From IMG/VR virus record IMGVR_UViG_3300014205_000001, positions 189,413 to 253,412 of that record: DNA of 64,000 bases. The stretch is one strand, 5' to 3'. Shown piece after piece: positions 17,936 through 27,542 of the stretch; the first letter of the stretch is position 1, and the number at the start of each line of letters is the position of its first letter. This stretch comes from a virus. Taxonomy: Duplodnaviria; Heunggongvirae; Uroviricota; Caudoviricetes. Both the position numbers and the translations under genes were made by a program. The notes below the pieces were generated by a model. It was given only the letters and a program-made list of their open reading frames with translations. It searched no databases and was not told the origin of the DNA.

Positions 17936-18325
17936 TTATATCTGAATTTTGTAATTCTGTTTAATCGCTTCACACTTTTCGATGAAAGAAATCACAGGTT
18001 TCAATAATTCAGTCGTAACTTTACCAAATATTAATGTTTTATAGTAATAATTATCACGTATCATACTATTTAAAGTATCGTAAATAGGTTTTTGAATGGG
18101 TGTCGCAATTAATATTTCACAATCAAATAAACCTTCATCCTCTTTTTTAGGTTTTAACATATACATAAAACTTTCACCTGTTGCAGGAATATACATGGGA
18201 TTCAATTCATCTGTTTCAGTTAAATTGTATTTTTGTGTAATATCATCTTTTTTCATTGACTCCCATAACTTAATGTCATGTAAGGCAGCAGGATATTCGT
18301 AAAAAACTGCAGTTATTTTCTTCAT
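17936..18325 (-). CDS. Hypothetical protein within the putative modification operon
   Basis: 129-aa ORF coupled to its neighbours. Confidence 0.55.
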   Translation of the reverse strand: MKKITAVFYEYPAALHDIKLWESMKKDDITQKYNLTETDELNPMYIPATGESFMYMLKPKKEDEGLFDCEILIATPIQKPIYDTLNSMIRDNYYYKTLIFGKVTTELLKPVISFIEKCEAIKQNYKIQI

Positions 18326-19275
18326 TTTGAAATAGTTGGAGAAACTTTAATTAGCTGACGAATGTTGTGAATTACATTTACATTCTTTTTTACACCTAAC
18401 AAGTCTTCACTATTATATAAATTTTTGTTGTAAAATAAAAAACTTTGGAATGTATTTGCTAATTTGTTAATATTATCAATTTGATCATCTACTACAAATT
18501 CAATTTGTTCAGGATTAAAATTGTTAATTAAGAAATCTTCTTTATGTTCACTGAAAAACAAATAATCATACGGGATGTTTTCTTGTTCTAACCAAAAAAT
18601 AGTATCATAATACAGACGCGATATTTTTTCGTAAGGACGTGCTGTTAATAGAATTATTTTATGAGTTTGTGATAATAATTGTAAAACTTCTTTAGTTTCC
18701 GGATTTACAGTATTATTACGTTCTTCACCTGTTGTTTCAAACTTATCTTTTAACATTCTATACTCAGAACGATGTGTCTTTTTGTATAGATTTAAATCCT
18801 CAACATTCATATACTTCATCACATTCAAAGGATAATCATTAATCACACCATCAATGTCAAATACAACGTATTTTTCAGTTGTATCGTTTTGCGATTCGTG
18901 TAATTTCTTTTCTTGGTCAAAACGTATATCGACAATTTTAGATTTTTCACTATATTTAGTAGTAAATTGATCAGCATCAATTCCATTCAAGATACACACA
19001 TTCAGTAGATATTTAAATGCATCAATTGCCTGTTCCGCAAAATTATCAATATTCATTTCATGATCAGATTGATAACGATGAGTTTTCCATTGTAAAATAT
19101 CTAACAATTCGTGAATTTCTTTACTACTGGACAAAATCATTTCTTTCGTCCAATGAATCCGATCTTCTTTACTGATAGTATCTAAATCAATATTATGTTT
19201 TTGTTGTAAAACTTTACGTAAAAAGTCTTGTTGTGTTTTAAATATTTCTTGAAATTTGTCGTTCATATTTTGCAA
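18322..19275 (-). CDS. All-alpha NTP pyrophosphatase (dimeric dUTPase/MazG-like) fused to a HAD-family phosphatase
   Basis: N-terminal KEIHELLD...WKTH...EQAIDAFKYLLN; C-terminal FDIDGV, LTAR, VVDD (HAD motifs I, II, IV). Confidence 0.8.
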   Translation of the reverse strand: MQNMNDKFQEIFKTQQDFLRKVLQQKHNIDLDTISKEDRIHWTKEMILSSSKEIHELLDILQWKTHRYQSDHEMNIDNFAEQAIDAFKYLLNVCILNGIDADQFTTKYSEKSKIVDIRFDQEKKLHESQNDTTEKYVVFDIDGVINDYPLNVMKYMNVEDLNLYKKTHRSEYRMLKDKFETTGEERNNTVNPETKEVLQLLSQTHKIILLTARPYEKISRLYYDTIFWLEQENIPYDYLFFSEHKEDFLINNFNPEQIEFVVDDQIDNINKLANTFQSFLFYNKNLYNSEDLLGVKKNVNVIHNIRQLIKVSPTISK

Positions 19276-20164
19276 TGATTTCGTTAGCTTTTATTGAGTG
19301 GTTCCATTGTGCAAATCGTCCCACAAGTTCTATTCCTTGTATATTACGAAAATCAATCGAATTGTTTATTTGTATCGGAATGTTATTTAATACCTTCATT
19401 ACATTGTTACCATGTATTGCAACAATCGAATCTTCTTTTACAGGATTTACCATTTCGTAGACAATATAGTCTTTGAAATATGTTTTACGTGTATAATGAC
19501 CATCAGTAGAATAAATATAATGGAATTTTTTACTGTTTTCAATATCACGTGGAGTATCATAACTACATTGTACGAAATGTTTTTTCAAAGCAACTAAATT
19601 TAGTGGTTCTAAACCTAACAATTTTGTTAGAATGTTAATGTTTAGTGTCGATATTAATTCCTTATAAGGTGTAGTAATACCTTCCCAACCTAATACTTGA
19701 CGTTTTGTATTTAAAAATTCTACATTTTTGGGAATGATACGATCTTTTAAAAGATTTGTTAAGATAGCGAATACTTTATAGTATAAATCATCCCCATTTT
19801 CTGATACAAAAATTTCTATTTCGTTTTCACCACTTGATAAAAAAGAATCTTCAATTTTTGTTGTACCACGAGTAATTTGTGAATAATTTTCTTTAAATTC
19901 TTGACTTGCTTCGTTTTCAACTATTATACCGTCAGGGCTATAACCTACATAAATAAATTTAGTCGTATATTCCATGTGAAGACGTTCAATAAAATCTCTA
20001 CTAAATTCATCAACTTTTAAAATCCGTGGACCCGGAACAAAAGGTAAATTTAATTGACCCATGGGATTCTTATCAATGATTTGATAATCTGGGTTGTAAA
20101 ATGCTGCTATTAATCCGGCAGGTCCCCCGCCTAAGATATATTTTTCGGATGCTTCTGTTATCAT
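19238..20164 (-). CDS. FAD-dependent oxidoreductase (UDP-galactopyranose mutase/amine oxidase-like)
   Basis: ILGGGPAGL dinucleotide-binding motif; C-terminal LVGRFAQW. Confidence 0.75.
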   Translation of the reverse strand: MITEASEKYILGGGPAGLIAAFYNPDYQIIDKNPMGQLNLPFVPGPRILKVDEFSRDFIERLHMEYTTKFIYVGYSPDGIIVENEASQEFKENYSQITRGTTKIEDSFLSSGENEIEIFVSENGDDLYYKVFAILTNLLKDRIIPKNVEFLNTKRQVLGWEGITTPYKELISTLNINILTKLLGLEPLNLVALKKHFVQCSYDTPRDIENSKKFHYIYSTDGHYTRKTYFKDYIVYEMVNPVKEDSIVAIHGNNVMKVLNNIPIQINNSIDFRNIQGIELVGRFAQWNHSIKANEIIAKYERQISRNI

Positions 20165-20199
20165 ATAATGACTTTTGTATAATCATTATATGCGAAACT

Positions 20200-20565
20200 T
20201 TAAGAGTTGTTTAGAGTATTTTTTAATACTTCGTCGATTTCATTGTCGCATTCAGTATATTGAGGCATTTCGTAAATATGCACAACTTCATTAGGTGGAA
20301 TGATTAAACCTTGATAACCTGTATACCATAAATTGCTGCTTGACATAATTTCCATTACAGGTCCTATTTTATTATTGAATTGTGCAATTTTTGACTGTAA
20401 AAGTGCAGCTGCTTCTTTACTGATATGTAAATCATTTTTGTTGAAATTAATTAAGGATGTACCTGAACCTACCAAATGTATTTTGGGTGTACGTTTAACC
20501 AATTTAATGATTATGTATTGTTTGTATTCTTTGATCTCGAGACTATGCATAAAAAAACCTGACAT
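20200..20565 (-). CDS. Hypothetical protein (start probably at the internal MHSLE)
   Basis: The ORF's 5' end overlaps the terminator hairpin at 20551-20584. Confidence 0.5.
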   Translation of the reverse strand: MSGFFMHSLEIKEYKQYIIIKLVKRTPKIHLVGSGTSLINFNKNDLHISKEAAALLQSKIAQFNNKIGPVMEIMSSSNLWYTGYQGLIIPPNEVVHIYEMPQYTECDNEIDEVLKNTLNNS

Positions 20566-20584
20566 AACTTATATGTCAGGTTTT
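20551..20584. terminator. Intrinsic terminator downstream of the ACP-fusion gene
   Basis: A7-CCTGACATA-ACTTA-TATGTCAGG-TTTT. Confidence 0.8.
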
Positions 20585-20606
20585 AAAGTTTGTTTAAAGC
20601 TGTGTA

Positions 20607-21707
20607 TTATGCTTCTACCAGGTTGAAATTACCAGCCATGGAACATCTTACTTCGCCTGATTTAATATGGTTAAGTGATGCAAATCGGCTACGTGCTTGA
20701 TCACGTGTTACTTTATGACTGTAAACATGTATTTCCGTTTGATCGTTGTAACGTTGGTGACACACCCAATTTTTACCATCGAAATCAGCACCGTTTTTAT
20801 AATCTTCGAACTGTTTTGGAGTATAAAAAATATTAAGTGGTGCGCGATTGTCAGCTGAAGGTGTATTTGCGTTAGGTGCAGGTGTTGCTCCTAAAACCTT
20901 TTCAATGTGTGAAATACAATCACCAACAGTGTTCATTTTTTCGACATCGTTATCGTCAATGGCAATATTGAATAGTTTTTCCATTTCCATGACCAATTCC
21001 ACAGCATCCAAAGAATCACAACCTAAATCATTGATAAATGACGCGTTAGGTACAACTTCATCTTCATGAACTCCTAATTTGTCAACAATAAGATCAGTAA
21101 TTTGTTGTGAGATTGCAGATTTAGGTATTTTACTGTTGGGTGTTTGAGGTTCAGGGTCACCACCATTTAAATCGTTAATTGTTTTTAACGTTTTGGTTCC
21201 AGGTGTATATTCAGCAACGATACCAACACCGGGTACAATTTTGGAATCACGAATACGATCGTGAAATTTGTGCATTGGTGTTTTGTTGTTTTGATCCGCA
21301 ATGAAATTATCCAATGAATTTTTAAAGGATGTATTGATTTCATTTTTTTCGGTACCGTTTACATCACCAGTTTTACTGACAAAATCCATTTTTGCAACTG
21401 AATCATTTACCGGACCAGAATTTTGTGTTGATGCAAGTGTTGCTGCAACTGTCGTTTCCCAATCAGTAATAGCTGTGTAGATATTATAAGTAGGTCCGGC
21501 ACCTGAACTTATAGCACGTTGATATTTGCCATTGTTTTCTGCAAATATTTCTTCCATAAAATTATGAACATCTTCTTGTTTTGCGAAGTATTCCAAATTT
21601 TGGAGATGCAATTTAATTTCCAACGTTGTCGCTTGACTGTTGGTTAATATAAGCAAATCTAGCGCAAGCTTGACTGCTTCTTTTGTTAAGGTTTTTTTAC
21701 CATCCAT
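20607..21707 (-). CDS. Multidomain protein with an embedded acyl carrier protein (ACP) domain
   Basis: QQITDLIVDKLGVHEDEVVPNASFINDLGCDSLDAVELVMEMEKLFNIAIDDNDVEKMNTVGDCISHIE is AcpP-like with an intact DSL serine, flanked by Pro/Thr linkers. Confidence 0.88.
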   Translation of the reverse strand: MDGKKTLTKEAVKLALDLLILTNSQATTLEIKLHLQNLEYFAKQEDVHNFMEEIFAENNGKYQRAISSGAGPTYNIYTAITDWETTVAATLASTQNSGPVNDSVAKMDFVSKTGDVNGTEKNEINTSFKNSLDNFIADQNNKTPMHKFHDRIRDSKIVPGVGIVAEYTPGTKTLKTINDLNGGDPEPQTPNSKIPKSAISQQITDLIVDKLGVHEDEVVPNASFINDLGCDSLDAVELVMEMEKLFNIAIDDNDVEKMNTVGDCISHIEKVLGATPAPNANTPSADNRAPLNIFYTPKQFEDYKNGADFDGKNWVCHQRYNDQTEIHVYSHKVTRDQARSRFASLNHIKSGEVRCSMAGNFNLVEA

Positions 21708-21799
21708 GTTTTAAGATTTTTATACTACAAATATATGTATATTATATGAAATAAAAAAATTTATTACTTTATTCTTTTAAATGCTGACTAAATCACACA

Positions 21800-21833
21800 A
21801 AGAAAGGGAAATAGTAAACTAAATCCCTTTCTT
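21800..21833. terminator. Putative terminator hairpin
   Basis: AAGAAAGGGA...TCCCTTTCTT inverted repeat in an intergenic gap. Confidence 0.55.
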
Positions 21834-21854
21834 TAGGCAGTTTGCCAAACTAAC

Positions 21855-22115
21855 TTACTTCCGTAGCATTTTACGGAATGACGGTACACGTCTTGAACGT
21901 ACATCTTCTTTCGCAACACCTAATTCCTTAGCTGCTTTATAGCGAACAAGATCACGACTCAGTACTGAACTAAAAACTAAAGCTTTATTTGGATTTCCTT
22001 TTGGAAAAGTAACCCAAAGCTGACGGCTTGAATTTTTAGTAAGACGAGATGCAGGGTACATCGATGTGATGTTTTTTGCTTTTGTGCTCATTTTACTTGT
22101 TTTATGGTTATACAT
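21855..22115 (-). CDS. Small basic protein resembling the C-terminal domain of the ACP-fusion protein
   Basis: SSVLSRDLVRYKAAKELGVAKEDVRSR aligns by eye with SHKVTRDQARSRFASLNHIKSGEVRCS. Confidence 0.5.
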   Translation of the reverse strand: MYNHKTSKMSTKAKNITSMYPASRLTKNSSRQLWVTFPKGNPNKALVFSSVLSRDLVRYKAAKELGVAKEDVRSRRVPSFRKMLRK

Positions 22116-22160
22116 TATTGAATTACAATTATATACTTTATATAGTATCTTTGAAAAAGT

Positions 22161-22919
22161 TTAAAGTTCGCTAAGTTCTAAACCAATCATAAGTGCTACA
22201 TTATCTTCTTTAAATAATAAAAATTGATCAAACATGTGGATTGTTATTTGATCCGCAGGTGTAATTGATTTTAAGTATTTATTATTGAATGACCAAGTTT
22301 CGTCATCCACTGTCGGTAAATCACAAACTGCTAAACTCCATTTGCGACCTTCAAAAAATTCCAATTTACCTTTATTCACACGAATAGAAATTGTTTCGGA
22401 TTTATTTAAAGCTGTTAGTTTTTTAACTTCGGCAAAATCTTCACCTGAAATTACAAAATCAAAGTTTGCATTATGTGGGTCCATTTTATTTTCAATGTCA
22501 CCTTTCGTTAAATCTTTGATCATACGATAATCCCCCGTAATAAAATTAACTTTGATTTTATCATTGCTAATATAAAACATTGAGGCTACACGATCTTTTT
22601 CTTTGTAGGTTAATTTACCATTAATGGGTTTGTCTCGATTTAAAATATCTAAATTTTTAATAAAATTCGGACCATTTAAAATAATGAAATCAATTGTTAT
22701 TGATTCATCAGCTTCGATAAAATCACATACTGGTAACATAAATGATTTTAGTGCATGAATTGAATTATCTTTTCCTGCTTTGGCGTAAAACAAAACATGT
22801 TCATCGTCGATTTTCATTTTGATCATCGGATCAATTTTACTCAAATCTTTAATGATGTCAATTACAGTATCTAAATTACTGCGGTTAAATTGGAATGTAA
22901 ATTCCCGGATGTCACTCAT
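22161..22919 (-). CDS. Probable DNA sliding clamp (gp45/PCNA-like)
   Basis: 252 aa with two-domain periodicity; the helix LDTVIDIIKDLSKI and the terminal beta-strands fit the clamp fold. No diagnostic motif. Confidence 0.5.
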   Translation of the reverse strand: MSDIREFTFQFNRSNLDTVIDIIKDLSKIDPMIKMKIDDEHVLFYAKAGKDNSIHALKSFMLPVCDFIEADESITIDFIILNGPNFIKNLDILNRDKPINGKLTYKEKDRVASMFYISNDKIKVNFITGDYRMIKDLTKGDIENKMDPHNANFDFVISGEDFAEVKKLTALNKSETISIRVNKGKLEFFEGRKWSLAVCDLPTVDDETWSFNNKYLKSITPADQITIHMFDQFLLFKEDNVALMIGLELSEL

Positions 22920-22972
22920 TTGATATTTATTTTTAAGTTATATTCAAAAAACATATAATTGTTTTATACAAA

Positions 22973-23563
22973 ATGTTACAAATACTACAAGAATACGAAA
23001 AAGGTACGATTTTAAACGTTTTAGACCTTTCTAATCATCACTTTAAATCATTAGATGTGGATTATTATCCACCTCATGTTGAACGAATTAGTATTAATAT
23101 CGGTAACTACCGTTTATATTTTCATGTCTTACATCCCTGCAAAGCTGGTGAAAGTTTATATCATTCACATCCGTGGGCAAGCGCAATTCATGTTATTTCA
23201 GGTAATTATGAAATGGGATTAAGTTTTTCAACAGATGAAAATGATTTAATTGACGTCGAATCAGGTAAATATAATGAACAACGTGCAAAAGACGAAATTT
23301 GTAAAATTCAAGTTAATTCAGGCATGTATTACGAAATGCTGAATAAACATGGTTGGCATTATGTTCGTCCTTTAGGTACACAACCATGTTATTCAGTAAT
23401 GATGACAGGTAATCTTCTATATAAAGGTGGTAAAGCTCCTTACGAATTAAAAGAACTTTCAGATAAAAGAATTACTGAAATCAAACAATGGTTTTTCGAC
23501 CATTACTATAATAATACAGATAAATATTATCAACAATACAATAAATTATGGGCAAAAAAGTAA
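22973..23563 (+). CDS. Cupin-fold protein
   Basis: YHSHPW....HVISGNYE and HGWHYV resemble cupin metal-binding motifs. Confidence 0.55.
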   Translation: MLQILQEYEKGTILNVLDLSNHHFKSLDVDYYPPHVERISINIGNYRLYFHVLHPCKAGESLYHSHPWASAIHVISGNYEMGLSFSTDENDLIDVESGKYNEQRAKDEICKIQVNSGMYYEMLNKHGWHYVRPLGTQPCYSVMMTGNLLYKGGKAPYELKELSDKRITEIKQWFFDHYYNNTDKYYQQYNKLWAKK

Positions 23564-24831
23564 AATTAGTTTACGTCTCAGTTGAAGACGGTAAAACTGA
23601 ACAAAGCAATAAGTTTTACGACATGGAAGAAAATGATGACGGTACATATACTGCAACCTGGGGTCGTTATGGCGCACCTAATCCTAGTACTCAAACAAAA
23701 AGTATGAACGAATGGCAAAAAACTTACAACAGTAAAGTCAAAAAAGGTTATCGTGATCATACAGAATTATTTATTGTTGAAGATTCCAAAGGTGGTACAA
23801 CTAAAAAAGCAACTACTGTAAAAGACTTTATTAAAACCAGAACGCAATCTGTTATTAATTTAGTTAAACGTTTACAATCCTGGGCCAAAGGTAGTATTGC
23901 TGAAAATTATACTGTATCATCTGAATCAGTAACTCAAAAACAAATCGATAAAGCACAAGTCATGCTGAATGAATTAACAGCATTGGATGTGAAAAAAGAT
24001 TTTGTACCTTTCAACAAATTATTGTTGGAATTTTTTACAGTTGTTCCTCGTAAAATGAAAAACGTAAAGGACCATATTATTTCTGCTGATAAATTAGGCG
24101 ATGATGGTAAAAAAATGTCGAACAATGATCAGAAAAATAAAATAATTACTGACGAACAAGGAACATTAGACGTTATGGCAGGTCAAGTATTATTGAATAG
24201 CAATGTTCATGAACAAGAAACTGACGAACCAGAAGTTGAAACAGATATTATTAAAGCATCAGGTTTGGAATTAAAAGATGTTACAGATGCTGTTGTCATT
24301 AAACAAATTAAAGAATTAATGGCAGATGATAAAGGTAAATTCAAAGAAGCATTTGAAGTTGTCAACAACCAAACTGCTACTGCACACACCAAACATTTGG
24401 ATAAAGCTAAGAATAAAAAAATGGAATTATTCTGGCATGGTTCCCGTAACGAAAATTGGTGGTCAATCATGACAACAGGATTATTAATACGTCCTTCCAA
24501 TGCAGTTCATTCAGGTTCGATGTTTGGTGATGGTATTTATTTTGCAGATAAATTTCGTAAAAGTTTTGGTTACACTTCAGGACGTGGAAGTTATTTTGCA
24601 AATGGAAGTAGTAACGAAGCAATTCTTGCTATTTACGATGTTCACGTAGGTGAACAAAAACATATCAAACACCACGATAGCAGCTGTTATTCTTTATCAG
24701 CAAAGGTTTTAGCAAAAGACGGATTTGATTCAGTCTTTGCACATGGTGGTGCTGATCTTCGTAACAATGAGTACATTGTATATCAATCACCTCAATCAAC
24801 AATTAAATATTTAGTAGTCGTAAACGCATAA
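23548..24831 (+). CDS. PARP-like ADP-ribosyltransferase with WGR, regulatory and catalytic domains
   Basis: NKFYDM...TWGRYG (WGR); FFTVVPRK (regulatory helix); LFWHGS, GSMFGDGIYFAD..RKSFGY, NNEYIVY (H-Y-E triad). Confidence 0.92.
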   Translation: MGKKVKLVYVSVEDGKTEQSNKFYDMEENDDGTYTATWGRYGAPNPSTQTKSMNEWQKTYNSKVKKGYRDHTELFIVEDSKGGTTKKATTVKDFIKTRTQSVINLVKRLQSWAKGSIAENYTVSSESVTQKQIDKAQVMLNELTALDVKKDFVPFNKLLLEFFTVVPRKMKNVKDHIISADKLGDDGKKMSNNDQKNKIITDEQGTLDVMAGQVLLNSNVHEQETDEPEVETDIIKASGLELKDVTDAVVIKQIKELMADDKGKFKEAFEVVNNQTATAHTKHLDKAKNKKMELFWHGSRNENWWSIMTTGLLIRPSNAVHSGSMFGDGIYFADKFRKSFGYTSGRGSYFANGSSNEAILAIYDVHVGEQKHIKHHDSSCYSLSAKVLAKDGFDSVFAHGGADLRNNEYIVYQSPQSTIKYLVVVNA

Positions 24832-25151
24832 TGAAATTAACCTACACTCAAAAGTACATAGCTGAGCATTTTCTTGGGATTACTCGCCCCGGAAATAAAA
24901 TAGATCAATCGTTTGATGATCTTACAAACTACGAATTTAGGGGATATGATGGACCATTGAAATATCCTACTCAAACTGACTATCGCATAGCTAAGAAGTA
25001 TGCACAAAATGTCTTAGATGAAGCGAAAAAATTTGTAGAAAATAAAGCAAAAGAATTAGAAGCATCCATGAAATTAGATTGGATTGAATATAAAAAGACT
25101 CACGTGTATGGAGAATACGGTTGGGAAAAAGCTAAAAAAATTAAAAAATGA
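24831..25151 (+). CDS. Hypothetical protein
   Basis: 106-aa coupled ORF. Confidence 0.5.
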   Translation: MKLTYTQKYIAEHFLGITRPGNKIDQSFDDLTNYEFRGYDGPLKYPTQTDYRIAKKYAQNVLDEAKKFVENKAKELEASMKLDWIEYKKTHVYGEYGWEKAKKIKK

Positions 25152-25597
25152 AAACAATGAATTTTAAAATTGAAGAACCTCTTAAAAAGGCACAACATAT
25201 TAATTTGTTTTGTCTTAAAATTGAAAACATGCATGGTGATGCTGATGCGTACACTACAGAAAAAATATTACTTCCTGATAACGAAGATTCTAAAGAATTT
25301 ATGAAGGAGATGATTGATTTATGTAAATGGAGTCAAAGTGAATGGCCAAGTCGTGAAAAAATTGGCGACAAGTACAAAAAAATTGAAGAAAAATTCGCTA
25401 AATTAAAAGTATGTTATCCTGATGGTGAAATTGCATCTTTTGAAGAATTTGGTGATGAAGGTGGTTTAGTTCAAAATGATTCAACTGCTGATCATCAATT
25501 TCCATGTCGTCCTTCAGTAAAATCATTAACATTTTTCAACGAATCAGGAGTTGAATGTAAAGTAACTTATAATAATGGACTTAGAAATCAGGGATAA
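25148..25597 (+). CDS. Hypothetical protein, paralog of 26332-26718
   Basis: Shared MxGDADA and DST(A/C)DxQ motifs. Confidence 0.55.
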   Translation: MKTMNFKIEEPLKKAQHINLFCLKIENMHGDADAYTTEKILLPDNEDSKEFMKEMIDLCKWSQSEWPSREKIGDKYKKIEEKFAKLKVCYPDGEIASFEEFGDEGGLVQNDSTADHQFPCRPSVKSLTFFNESGVECKVTYNNGLRNQG

Positions 25598-25952
25598 ATT
25601 AGTTACTGCTTTAGAATCAGGCAACTATAAAAAAGGTCGACACGTTTTACGTAACACTTACAATGAATATTGTTGTTTAGGCGTATTATGTGATATGTAT
25701 CAAAAAGAAATTGGTGGTCAATGGATAAAAAGCACTAATACTAGTGAATATAGATTTATAGATTCAGGTGAAAATAAATCAATTTTTTATTTACCAACTG
25801 ACGTGAGTAAATGGGCTGGAATAGAATGTGAACCGCGAGTTGATAATCCGTGTTACGAAAACAAATTAGGTGAAAAAATATTTTTATCTGCATTGAATGA
25901 CAATTCTGATTCATTTGCACCTGTTATTGAAATTCTAAAAAGTATCAAATAA
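25575..25952 (+). CDS. Hypothetical phage protein
   Basis: ALESGNYKKGRHVLR...YCCLGVLCD N-terminus. Confidence 0.55.
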   Translation: MDLEIRDKLVTALESGNYKKGRHVLRNTYNEYCCLGVLCDMYQKEIGGQWIKSTNTSEYRFIDSGENKSIFYLPTDVSKWAGIECEPRVDNPCYENKLGEKIFLSALNDNSDSFAPVIEILKSIK

Positions 25953-26320
25953 TGGAAAATTATTTAGGAGACATTGATGTTACTGATAATAAAGATTTGA
26001 ATCCTTGTTTTGATCATACACCTACTGATTGGACTTTATATTTTATTCAGTGTTATGGTTCATATAGTGGAAGTCAACATAAAGATTGGGTATTAGACCA
26101 AATAGCAAGAGTTCTGAAGGGTTGTAAAGTTCAAGTTAAATTAGCACAGTGGGGTGATTTAATTTTGAATGGTGAAAACAGTGAAAAAATTATACGACAT
26201 GAAGAACTTCGTATTAGTGTTGTTTCAGAAAGTGATGAATATTTAAAATTTGTCGCTGATTGTAAAGATGGTGAAGATGGTCCTGAAACATTTGAATATA
26301 ATATTGGAATTGCGCCTTAA
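25952..26320 (+). CDS. Hypothetical phage protein
   Basis: HKDWVLDQIARVL and C-terminal YNIGIAP. Confidence 0.55.
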   Translation: MENYLGDIDVTDNKDLNPCFDHTPTDWTLYFIQCYGSYSGSQHKDWVLDQIARVLKGCKVQVKLAQWGDLILNGENSEKIIRHEELRISVVSESDEYLKFVADCKDGEDGPETFEYNIGIAP

Positions 26321-26331
26321 ATAAATAAAAT

Positions 26332-26718
26332 ATGAAAATTAAATTTGAATTAGAAGAAAAAACACGTGCAAACAAAATATTCCTAAAAGTGGAATATATG
26401 AGTGGTGATGCTGATGCGTCTGAATTTGAAGAAATTGAAATCGAAGGTGTAACCTTTGACAACTACAAAGAAAAGAAAAAAGAAATTGAAGCTTTTATTG
26501 CTCCATATAAAATTCTTGCAGAAGTTACTGATGTGAATCACAAAAATTACACTGAAGATTACGATGAGGTTGGTGACAAATTCGGTGAAGAAGTTGCATC
26601 TCTTTACGATAACTGTCCCGGTGATAGTACATGTGATGGTCAAGTAAAAGCGCATTTAAGTAGTATGACTTTAATTGCATACGATAAAGAATCTAACAAG
26701 TACGAATCGTATTTGTAA
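26332..26718 (+). CDS. Hypothetical protein, paralog of 25148-25597
   Basis: YMSGDADA...GDSTCDGQ. Confidence 0.55.
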   Translation: MKIKFELEEKTRANKIFLKVEYMSGDADASEFEEIEIEGVTFDNYKEKKKEIEAFIAPYKILAEVTDVNHKNYTEDYDEVGDKFGEEVASLYDNCPGDSTCDGQVKAHLSSMTLIAYDKESNKYESYL

Positions 26719-26974
26719 TGTATTACGACGACGAATTACAAGAAATTATGCGTAAGAACTTAGATACTCGTGATAAACGATTTATGTTCTTACGCATCTT
26801 TTTTCCTAAATTAATACATCAAATTAATTTGGAAGGTAGTACAGAACAAGCGTGCTACGATATTGAGGATGTGTTCATTAAACATCAGATGCAAGGCAGT
26901 CTGCGGACCCATATAATGGTACATTTTAAGGATTAAAATATATTGCGTATATTTATAGTCTTAATAAATGAAAC

Positions 26975-27541
26975 ATGGAAACAATGAACAAACCGCAAAT
27001 CATCTATCGTGAAAATTACATTGAAGGTGGTTTAGATTACTTTGGTGCTTTACGTAGAACCGTGAACTGGGAAAACCGTGAAGCACCTCGTGCTGAATAT
27101 TTTATGGGCTTCAAAGCTGGCATTCCTTATACTTATGGTGAAGGCCCAGGTGAACGTACGTACTTCAGTAATGAAATGATTCCGATTGTGAAAGCAATTA
27201 TGGATAAAATCAACATGGACTATAATAGCGAATACAATATTTGCTTTTTAAATTATTATGCATCTGAAAAGCAACATTTAGGTTGGCATAGTGATGACAG
27301 TCCCAGTCAAGATACAAATCACGGCATTGCTGTGGTAAGTTTTGGTGCTGATCGTTTGATTTACTTTAAAGAAAAAGAATACAAAGGTGAAATCCCAGAT
27401 GAGAATAAATATATGTTAGGTGATAACACTTTATTTATTATGCCACCTCACATGCAAGAAACTCATTTGCATAAAATACCTAAAGGTGACAAACCTTGTG
27501 GTGGTAGAATATCATTAACTTTCAGAAAATATATCGGTTAA
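26975..27541 (+). CDS. AlkB-family 2OG-Fe(II) dioxygenase
   Basis: CFLNYY...LGWHSDD (HxD), SFGADR, HLHKIPK (H), RISLTFR. Confidence 0.9.
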   Translation: METMNKPQIIYRENYIEGGLDYFGALRRTVNWENREAPRAEYFMGFKAGIPYTYGEGPGERTYFSNEMIPIVKAIMDKINMDYNSEYNICFLNYYASEKQHLGWHSDDSPSQDTNHGIAVVSFGADRLIYFKEKEYKGEIPDENKYMLGDNTLFIMPPHMQETHLHKIPKGDKPCGGRISLTFRKYIG

Positions 27542-27542
27542 T

